From positions 56,234,001-56,298,000 of the forward strand of contig CM069144.1 of the NCBI GenBank assembly GCA_035221665.1: a stretch of DNA of 64,000 bases, read 5' to 3'. Below are positions 54,116-64,000 of this stretch, one piece after another. The notes beneath the pieces were generated by a model. It saw only the letters and a program-made list of their open reading frames with translations. It searched no databases and was not told where the DNA came from. The DNA comes from Okamejei kenojei. Its lineage: Eukaryota. How positions within the stretch are numbered: position 1 is the first letter of the stretch; the number at the start of each line of letters is the position of its first letter. A program made the translations under genes and the position numbers.

Positions 54116-54534
54116 GCTCAGATTAGACATGCAAGCAGTTTGCTGCCATTGGAATTAAGCCACTGGCCATAACGTCGTCCAATATCCTTTCTGGGAGGAA
54201 TGCACTGGCTTCCCTTTAGCTTCTGCCGTCCTTCAACACGAAATAGAAAATATGGAATGAAAGAAAACTTTTATATAGTTCCATCTTCATTCCAAGATGA
54301 TCTCAAAGTACATTTCCAGCCAATGAATGATTTTACAAATCAAGTTACCATTGTAATGCAGCAAATACAATCGGGGAAAAAAATCTGAATTCCACTACAT
54401 CCCAGTTTTGACAATCGTTGGTCCATGGTACACATTGATCCACATGGTGAACCTCAGTTATTATCCCAGTGTTTACTTTCACATTTTTACTTTGTGCCCT
54501 TTATAAAGGTTTTGTTTCTGTGTTCTGAATAGTT

Positions 54535-55080
54535 ACAGTCATTGAGGCATAGAGCCGTCCAGCATGGAATCTAGCCTTTCAGCTCAATCTACCCATGCTG
54601 AGCAAGATGTCCCATCCACATTAGTCCCTACCTGCCTCTTTGGCATATATCCCTCGAAACCTTTCCAATCCATGTACCTGTACAAGTGTCTTTTAAATGT
54701 TGTTATAGTACCTGCCTCAACTACCTCCTCTGGCGGTTTGTTTCATGCATCCACCATCCTCCGTGTGAAAAGGTTGCCCTCGTGTTCCCATTACATCTTT
54801 CCCCTCTCACATTAAACCTATGATCTCTTGTTCTTGAATCCCCTACTTAGGTAAAAGACTCTGTGCATTCACCTGATCTACTATATTCCCCTCATGATCC
54901 TATATAACTCTATAAGATCATCCCTCATCCTCCTGCATTCCAAGGAATAAAGTCCCAGCCTGCACAACCTCTCCCTGTAGCTCAGGCCCTGAAGTCCTGG
55001 CAACATCCTGTAAATCTTGGCTGCACTCTCTCCAGCTTAACAACATCATTCCTATAGCAGCGTGACCAAAACTGAACTTC
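54535..55080 (-). mobile_element. CR1-type LINE 3' fragment
   Basis: Colinear with 32375-32925. Confidence 0.8.
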
Positions 55081-55544
55081 ACTATTATCTTAAAGTTACC
55101 TTTATTACGATGATCAATATCCAAGTAGATGAAGGATATACGAAATAGGAGCAGGAATGGGCCACGTGCTCCTTCAATCACGTTCTGCCATGAGATCGTG
55201 GTCTCAGCTCCAATTTCTTGCCTGATTCCCCGTAGCCCTAGACCTGCTGTGTCCATCTCAGCTTGAGTGTGACACGGATTGTTAGAAACATCTGGGGTCT
55301 ATCAGGAGGAGCTGTAAATGGGAAATTACTCAAAATAAAGATAAATAACAATGAACATACTGAAAATCTGGAGTAAAAGAGATTGCTGATTTACCCAGCA
55401 GATCAGTCAGGGAAGAGAGAAAAACTGAGTTAATGATACAGGTTGATAATCAGCTGTGGTCAGTCCTGACACAAACTGGTTATATGAAATTCTTGAATTC
55501 AATGTTGAGTCAATGAGGTTGTCTGATGTCCACATGGAATTTTG

Positions 55545-55885
55545 TAAGTTCATATGTCACAGGAGCAGAATTAGGCTATTTGGCTCATCGAGTCTACTCT
55601 ACCATTCAATCATGGCTGATCTATCTCTCCCTCTCAAACCCATTCTCCTGCCTTCTCCCCATAACCTTTGACACCTTTACTAATCAAGAACTTATCAATC
55701 TCCTCTTTAAAAATAGTATATAGCTTGGCCTCCACAGCCTACTGTGGCAATGAATTCCGCAGATTCACCACCCTCTGACTAAAGAAATTCCTCATCTCTT
55801 TTAAAGTATATCTTTTTATTCTGCGCCCTCTAGTCCTAGACTCTCCCACTAGTGGAAACATCATCTCCATATTGACTCTATCCAG
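55545..55885 (-). mobile_element. CR1 LINE 3' fragment
   Basis: MFPLVGESRTRG...EMRNFFSQRVVNL. Confidence 0.85.
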
Positions 55886-55907
55886 TTCACAGCTCCTCCC
55901 CTTCTCA

Positions 55908-56208
55908 GCTACCGGAAATTGGAGGAGCAAGCCCCCTCATATTCCGCTTGGTCAGTCTGCACCCCAGCGGCTTGAACATGGACTTCTCCAATTTCCAGTA
56001 GCCCTTGCTGTCTCCCCCCCATTCTCAGCTCTCCCTCAGCCCTTTGGCTCCTCCTCTTCCTTTCTTCTTCCCGCGCCCCCACCCTGCATCAGTCAGAAGA
56101 AAGGTTTCGGCCCAAAACGTTGCCTATTTCCTTCGCTCCATAGATGCTGCCGGACCCGATGAGTTTCTCCAGCATTTTTGTCCACATAAATTAATTTCAC
56201 TGTACATG
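55908..56208 (+). mobile_element. Penelope-like 3' end, inverted relative to the 48.0-48.3 kb copy
   Basis: ggaaattggaggagc...catattccgcttgg...cagtcagaagaaaggtttcggcccaaaacgttgcc. Confidence 0.85.
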
Positions 56209-57548
56209 GAATTTGAAGCAAAGTGAAAAGAGTTATACGTGAGATAGCTGTGGGCTTGTACTAAATATTAGTCACCAACCTATTCTCTACTTTGGATAGA
56301 GAAAGTGAGGAAGGAAAGAGTTGGATATGGAATAAGTAGAAATAAGAGCCAGTTGGAAATTGGAAGAAAAGTTGATCCAACTTCTGTTTGAGAGCAGGAA
56401 GCAATACCACACACTCATTAACGTATCAAAGGATGAGGTTGGGGTCTGAGTTGAACTGAAACAAGGACAATTTCAGGTACCCACAAAGAGATAGGACTAG
56501 TTAGGACTGACCTATAGCTACATATTTAATTTGGAGAAGCCAGTGCTGAACTACTATCTACCTCTGATGTCCCTCGGACTATCCTTGACTGAACATTGCT
56601 GGCTTTACCGTGTTAAATGTTATTCCCGTTATTCCCTTATCATGTATCTATACACTGCAAATGGATTGATTGCAATCATTATTGTCTTTCTGCTGACTGG
56701 TTAGCATGCAACAAATGTTTAATGTTTTATGTATCATTCTTAACTGTCACTGTATGTCATGTTGTCACTTGGGGGCAGAGCACTAAGGCAAATTCCTTGT
56801 ATGTGAATACTTGGCCAATAAACTTATTCATTCATTCATTCATTCATTCAAAGCCTGTACCTCAGTACACGTGACAATAAGCTAAACTGAAATGAAGTTG
56901 AAGGGGAAGTTGTTCAACATGAGCATGAGGCAAAGGACGTTGGAGGTAGAAGGGTCTGGTTGAGTCTTTATTCAAGGAAAAAACAAACATGTGGTATTTT
57001 GGTGTGGAATGGAGGTGTAAAGGGACTGAAGGTCTATGATGGACACAGGAAAGAGGGAAGTGTCAAAGTGGTGGAGAGTCAGAGGCTCATGGACATACAT
57101 AGAAAGAGACTGGACAAGGGAAGAAAGGATAAAGTCTGGGTAAAAGAAATACATTCTGAGTGAGAAGGACAGATTGAAATGCTAGATTCATGAGGAAAAT
57201 CCTACTTGTGGAACATAGAAATGGACAATTTATGGTTGGGGTACTGAGAATCCAGAGGCTGTGCAGGAAACATCTCAGAGGAAATTAGAACAGTGACGTG
57301 GAGATGATGGGTCTGATGTTTGGTGGAAGGGCCATGGTCCAGGAGGAGGTAAGATAATGTGTCAGGAATCCCTTTTACTGCTCTCATCAGGTCAAGAGTC
57401 AAGAGTGTTTTATTGTCATGTCTCAGATAGGACAATGAAATTCTTACTTGCTGCAGCACAACAGAACTTGTAAACCTAGTACACAACGGGAGGTATATAT
57501 ACACATTCACACATACTCAATAAATAATCATCTTACTGTTTTATGTAA

Positions 57549-57770
57549 GGGTGGTGAATCTGTGGAATTCAGTGCCACAGAAGGCTGTGGATGCCAGGTC
57601 AATGGATATTTTTAAGGCAGAGATAGATAGGTTCTTGATTAATACGAGTGTCGGGGTTACGGGGAGATGGCAGGAGAATGGGGTTAGGAGGGAAAGATAG
57701 ATCAGTCATGATTGAATGATGGAGTGGACTTGATGGCCTAATTCTTTTCCTATCACTTATGAACTTATGA
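57549..57770 (+). mobile_element. CR1 3' end
   Basis: ggtggtgaatctgtggaattc...cttatgaacttatgaa tail. Confidence 0.8.
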
Positions 57771-58769
57771 ACAACATTGTCCATAACCTATAAGCCAACA
57801 GGTACTTTTCAAGAAGGATTTTTTTTTTAATTTCCTCCAGCTGTAACGGAGTTATCAATGAAATTGTCAATTAACAACTCATGCTTTATAGATGGCCATG
57901 TTCAGTGTACAAGGAGTCTTTTTGTGTACAGAGAGGGGAAAAAAAAGATGTTTATTACTCCAGTGAACTTCAGTGTAAGAATTTCAGGTCAGGAGGCGAA
58001 GACATGAACATTTGGCAGAGGTGTAATACTGGAGTTCACTGTGGAACTAAGAAGACTATATAAAGGCTATCATGAATAACTTGGATGGTTGAAAGCTGGA
58101 ATAAGGTGCTTTTATCTAATGACTTGTGTCCCAGGAGAGCCATACTCAAGGATTTATTTTGCAAACTGCCATTGTACTTATGGGAAAACCGGTATCTAAA
58201 TCGAAATCTGCACCTTGCAACATGACGTAGGAAAAAATAAATGGCTTTGTGTTTCTCTTTCATTATTACCCTTCTGCAGGGTTCCCACCAACCATTATTT
58301 TCTTTCCTGCCACCTATACAGTAGAAAAATAGGGCTGGACCCTTGATTCACACCATACAAATTGATCTGTTCAGTGTTGTTGTACATATATTATAACTGG
58401 TTATTGAGCATCAATGTGTTTGTCCTGGCAGGATGTGTTCATCCAAGCCATTAGGATCGATGGAATCTATCAGCAGTACAACAGAGCAACAAAATTCACA
58501 ACATTTCAACCAAGAGGCTGAATTCCACATGGCGAGCTGTACTGTATGCTAACTGGTTCTGGAGTTAGTAACCAGCTTTCCTTTAACTTAACAGGATGCC
58601 ACCCCCGAGTTAATTTGTTGGACACTAACTCCCAGTTTATGTCAAGCTACTGATTAATTGTGTGTGCATGTGTGTTTGCATATTTGTGTATGTTTTTAAG
58701 TTACAAATCCATGTTTTTATATGTAGCATGTTTATAATAATGGAAAAATAAGCATCTTGCTGGACCCAG

Positions 58770-59830
58770 CCCATACCCTCCATCTTTCACTAGGGTGTAA
58801 TTAAAAACTTGTCCCGCAATCTCCTTTTAACTTTCCCCCTTTAGCCGTAAAGCTATGCCCTCTTGCCTTTCACATTTCCAACCTGGAAACACGGTTCTGA
58901 CTGTCTACCCTACCTATGCCTCTCACAACTTGATAAACCTCTATAGGTTCTCCCATCAGACTTTGATGCTCCGGAGAAAATAATCCAAACGTATCCAACC
59001 TCTGCTTATAGCTAAAACTATCTAATCCAGGCAGCATCCTGGTAAATTTCCTCAGCATCCTCTCCAAAGCCGCTACGTTTTGGAAAGGGGTGACCTGAAA
59101 AGCACGCAATAATCCAAATGGGGCTGAGCTATATTATGGTCTCCTGACTCTTACACTCATTGCCCAACCAAAGCCTTCTTTACCACTATCTACATGTGCG
59201 GCTACTTTTAGAAAGCCATGGTCTTGGTCACCCAGATCCCTTTGTACATCAATGCTGTTAAGACCCTTGCCTTTAATTGTATATTTTCCTCTTATATTTG
59301 CTTGGATTAAACCCCATCCTGCCATTTTCCCACTCATATCAATAACTGATCTATATCTTGCTGTATCCTTTATCAAACACTGTCTACAAATCCACTGACC
59401 TTTGCACCATCTGCAAACTTACTAACCAATCCACCTACATTTTCAACTAAGTCATTTATACAAATCACAAACAAATGAGATCCTAGCTCTGATCCACTGT
59501 GTTGGAAGGGACTGCAGATGCTGTTTTCCACCAACGATAGACACTAAATGCTGGAGTAACTCAGCAGGTCAGGCAGCATCTTTGGAGCGAAGGAGTGGGT
59601 GACGTTTCATGTTGAGGCCCTGTGGTTACTGCAGGTAACAGACCTCCAGCCAGAATATCACCCTTCCACTACTACCCTCTAGTGAGGAAGTCAGTTCCGA
59701 ATCCAAACTTCCAACCTGTTATGGATCCTATGCATTTAATCTTCTGGATTAGTCTACCATAAGAGACTTTCCAAAATGCTTTACTAAAATCCATCCATCC
59801 ACTGCTCTGCTCCCATCAATTACCTTTGTC
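58770..59830 (-). mobile_element. Old CR1 ORF2 fragment with a nested Penelope-derived arm (~59498-59620)
   Basis: ALERMLRKFTRMLPGLDSFSYKQRLDTFGLFS; FADG (FADD-like) remnant near 59410. Confidence 0.75.
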
Positions 59831-61224
59831 ATCTCCACACAAAAAAAAACACATTAAAAATGTTAAAACATCACTAATGAAAATTTAAAAAGTAATGTAA
59901 TTTTTATGTGCCTTAATCTAATCCATAGGCTGAAATCCCCATTAAAATCAATGAATTTCAGACCCTATTCCAAATCTGTCTTGGATCACGTTCAGGTCCC
60001 CAGTATGAGGTTGGGAAAACCAGCAAGGCAATGCTCCATTGCTGGGATATCATAATTGACATCTTTCACTCAGGGATTCCTGCATTTGAGACGTGTGCAC
60101 AAGTCTGCCATCCACCTCTATGTGAATGATTGAACTCCAGCTGTTCCAATGCAGTTGAGGACATTTTCCGATTTTATATATGTTTATTTGTATGTGGAAC
60201 TAAATGTCATCAGTTCTCACAATTACATGTGATATTTTATGCATTTGTATAACTTAAAAATTCACATAACATGAGCTTTCAAAAAAACTATTTGTGCATA
60301 ACTAACTCAGTAAGTCCCTATATATATGTCTTACATTTGTACTCGTATGTAAGTGGATATTATGGATGTGTATGTACCATGTCTGTGTTATTCAAAGCAA
60401 ATATAAAACCTTTTATGGGGACAAAGTGACACACACACAAGTATAAATTTACTCTATATTCCAGATTTTTTTTTAAAATAATTTGCTGCTGCAATTATAT
60501 TGGCATAAGAATTTAAATTGGAAAGCATTTCTGCCTTTAAACATGTGTTTGCCCTAAAGGTGAACTGCAGTTTTAAATTGCAATATCAATGCAGTTGTGA
60601 ATGCATGCCTTTGTTTATGTACAATGCATGCTTTAGTTTTATGTGTGGGTGCCTGTGCAAGTGAAAGCGAGAATGTTTGCCTCATTCTCTGCTGCTGTAC
60701 CTGCACCTGGTAACAGTTAGTGTGATTTTAATGAATCCTATTGAGCTGAAGCATAAATTCTCTTAAGTATATTGGTTCCTTTGTATTCTCTTAAATGAGA
60801 GGTAGTGTAATGATTTCTTGAGTAAAATCCAAACATATGTCTACAATCATATCTGCATTGTTTTATCTATTTGTATTTTTTGTAAACCCAGGGGTTACAC
60901 AGGGAAATGGCCCGTGATTTCAGAAAGTGAGATAAGGAAAGATTATTCATGATCCTACGAGATGGCTGAGCAGGCACAAGGGGCTACAGAGTGTACTCTC
61001 GGTTCTGTTTCTGGAGAACATAAGATTATCATCAGGCCTTGAGTGGGGTAAAAGTGTGTAGTTGTAATGCGGTTGTTTCATTTATCTACAATAGAAGAAA
61101 TGTGTGGTTTCCTATTAAGAAAGGATATATAGGAGATTAAAGATCACTGTTTTGCATTTGGCTGAAATCTCAATGCACAGCTTTGGTACTAAACTGAAAT
61201 GTTACTTGGCTGACCAGAAAAAAT

Positions 61225-61450
61225 TAGAACGGAGATGAGGAAGCCACTTTTTCACACAGACAGTCGTGAGTCTGTGGAATTCTCTGCCTCAGAGGGCGGT
61301 GGAGGTTGGTTCTCTGGATACTTTCAAGAGAGATCTAGCGGAGTCAGGGGATATGGGGAGAAGGCAGGAACAGGGTACAGATTGTGGATGATCACATTGC
61401 TGGCTGAAAGGGCCGAATGGTCTACTCCTGCATCTATTGTCTATTGTCTA
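61225..61450 (+). mobile_element. CR1 3' end with (ATTGTCT)n tail
   Basis: gagatgaggaagccactttttcacacaga...ctattgtctattgtcta; the same tail type occurs on the minus strand at 52620 and 62388. Confidence 0.8.
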
Positions 61451-62990
61451 TAAAAGAAACTGAAATGGAAATTAAAATATTTGGCCAGCCGACCTGCTAT
61501 GCATTAAAAACCGAAAATACTGGGAAGACTTAACAGGTCAGGCAGCATCTGTGGAAGAAGAAACAGTTAGGACCTGAAACATAAATACCATGATGTTTTG
61601 GGGAGTCCCAGCATTTTCTGTTTGTACTTTGATGCCCAGTATTTGCAGTTTCGTGCTTTAAACCTGCTATGTCATCAAGGATATAGACACAAGCCAAACC
61701 TGAGAGACCTCAGTAGAGGAGACCACTAATCAAAACAGATCAGTCTCATTGTCAAACCACACACTCAAGGCACAAATATTCATTTTAATAATTATGCCCT
61801 TCACAAAACCCTTAACAGCAGATTGAAGACCACATGTAACTTGTGATGATGGATTTTAACTTTTACATCTAAAAAATGTTTAGCCCACTTTCCTTTTGTT
61901 TTGTTTGTATTAATCCTCAATCATTTTTACTTATTCACAATTAATATATGTTTTTTTATAAAGTCTATCGTCACAACCTTGATATAATTTCTAGAAAATC
62001 TACCCTGTGAAATTGTGTGGGCCTCAATATATTTCTTAGTTGGAACTAATATTGTACACCATTTCAAAAATGTGACCCAAAAATGTCTTGATCAGATTCA
62101 AATTCACCTCATTATCTTTGGTATGTACCAGCATCTGCAGTTCCTTCCTACACAAGTAAAACCAATATCTCAATTGTCGCATGTTTAATCTACCAACAAT
62201 ATTGGTCTGAAAGATGACTACATATACACCCCTACATTTCTCTGAAGTTGCAACATACAGTATCTACCTATTCCCCATAAATCATCTTTGTCTAAATATA
62301 GTTTCATATTTTCCCTCTCATTTACTAATTTGTTACCCTCAATGAATCCTAGTTGTTCTATTGCTATCTTCAATCAGTTATGTCAACAATAGATAATAGA
62401 CAATTGGTGCAGGAGTAGGCCATTCGGCCCTTCGAGCCAGCACCGCCATTCAATATGATCGTGGCTGATGATCATATTCAATATGAACAAAGCAGATCCC
62501 AAAACTGATTCCTAGAAACTATCACCTTCTCAGTTTTGCCCAAATGGTACACCATTTGCTCTTACCCTTCACCTTCTCTCCATTAACCTGTCCTTTTTCC
62601 ATTATCCCAATGCCAATATACCATATGTCCTACCTTTATGATCCTACCCTCTCTGAGACCCCCTAGTGATCAATCTGGAAGATCCAGATTTTCGTTTAAA
62701 TGTAGAAATCAGAAACCGTTTGGAAGATAATGGGGTTGTGTTCATCTATGGGGTTATGGTCAAGAGGTTGGTTTGAGGTGGTGTCCGAGAGCTGGCACCT
62801 GGCTTCAGCATGGTAAAAATACATGCTTGTATCTTTGCAATGTTTGTTAAAAGCAAGTCCTTCATTGCACAGAATTCCCATCACTGGTCATGTGTGGTAA
62901 TTAACTACTGTATATTACTGCTTATGCCTTTGTTGCCAAGGCTCAAGGCTCGGAGTGTGGCCTCTCAACTCTTGCTATTCCCACCCTTAG

Positions 62991-63224
62991 AATTAATGGG
63001 AGTCACCACGAGGAGAAAAATCTCATGGCCAGTCAGAAAATTCGCGAATTGGATGATGATGATGGAGAAGATGAAGTGGAGCTGGAGGAAGAGGAAGTTG
63101 CCTGCAACCCAATGAGAAAACCGACCAGTCACCCAGTTGCTTGCAAGCTGGATGGAGGAAATCAAGATGGTTCTGAATACGAGGCAAGGGAACCCGAGCA
63201 GGATAACAAGGAGTCTCCTAGCAG
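62991..63224 (+). CDS. MECOM: MECOM acidic-domain exon (R)INGSHHEEKNLMASQKIRELDDDDGEDEVELEEEE...NKESPS(R)
   Basis: cccacccttag|a att aat ggg; donor agcag|gttagt; 234 nt, phase 2-2; aligns to recalled human RMNGSHFKDEK...LLDDEEVEDEV...KTSPVR. Confidence 0.9.
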
Positions 63225-64000
63225 GTTAGTGTCTAGCATCAAGTAGTTGAAGAACATTGAATAACCTTTAAAGTCCTGCATAAGGATGGATTTCCAAGCA
63301 GTTCCTTGGTAATCGATGAAAAATCCATTGGTTAGTTTACTTTAGTTTAGTTTGTGTGACGAGGTACAGTGTGCTATCCAGCCAGCGTAAAGACTATATA
63401 TGACTACAATCATGTATAGTCCACAGGGTACAGATCCAGGATAAAGGGAATAAGAAATGCTGCAGTTGTAGTAAAGGTTTAAAAGAGTGGAGCTCGAAGC
63501 GAGGCAAACAGTACCATTCTTAGGTACAGACAAATCAAGCCATACTTTAATGCGCTTGAAATTAATTATTTGACTAGGCTATTCAATTTTCAGTACCCTT
63601 TCATACAGCAATGCAATGCTGTAACTTTAATGCACCTGCTCCAGAATGTGTGGGGAAGTGTCAGCTACAGATACAAATGGTTCATTATTGGATGCATATA
63701 CACCAGGTAACCATGTTTTATTGAGATACCATAAAGGAGGCAGGTGTACATTAATCCATTAACACATGCCTTGCTGACTATCTGACTTAACAGCCATAGA
63801 TGTCTAAAAATGAGAGTGGATGAAGTTTAGTGGACTCAGTCATGTTCTAATCCCATCCAACGTGTAGGATTACCATTAGCTTCTTTGTTACAGCTACTGA
63901 ACTATGTTTGGAGGCTGTCAGCAGGTTTTATAGGGTTTGTTATTGAAACATAGAAAATAGGTGCAGTATGGCTGATCATCTGAAATCAGTACCCCGTTCC

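Overview
Eukaryotic intronic and exonic DNA from a cartilaginous fish, most likely a skate or ray, judging by the V-SINE (HE1-type), CR1 (HER1-type) and Penelope repeats. The window holds the middle and 3' part of one + strand gene, MECOM (EVI1/PRDM3), with eight coding exons read from splice sites and phases: 9756-11100, 12274-12361, 21261-21287, 24446-24612, 28663-28740, 33661-33830, 37310-37454 and 62991-63224. They encode ZF6-7, the CtBP-binding repressor domain, ZF8-10 and the acidic region. The 27-nt exon at 21261 and the 78-nt exon at 28663 are absent from the ORF track. Introns hold many retroelement fragments (V-SINE, CR1, Rex1-like, RTE-X, Penelope, DeuSINE remnants) between repeat-free candidate conserved blocks. 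The best leads are the conserved alternative microexon, a NAGNAG acceptor, the apparent lack of the delta-324 acceptor, Penelope-derived palindromes with minimal hammerhead-ribozyme cores, a strong antisense bias of V-SINEs and a degenerate ~35-bp hairpin array. I found no evidence of a clearly new protein-coding system. Repeat boundaries are approximate and read by eye; family names and human comparisons are from memory, not database searches.
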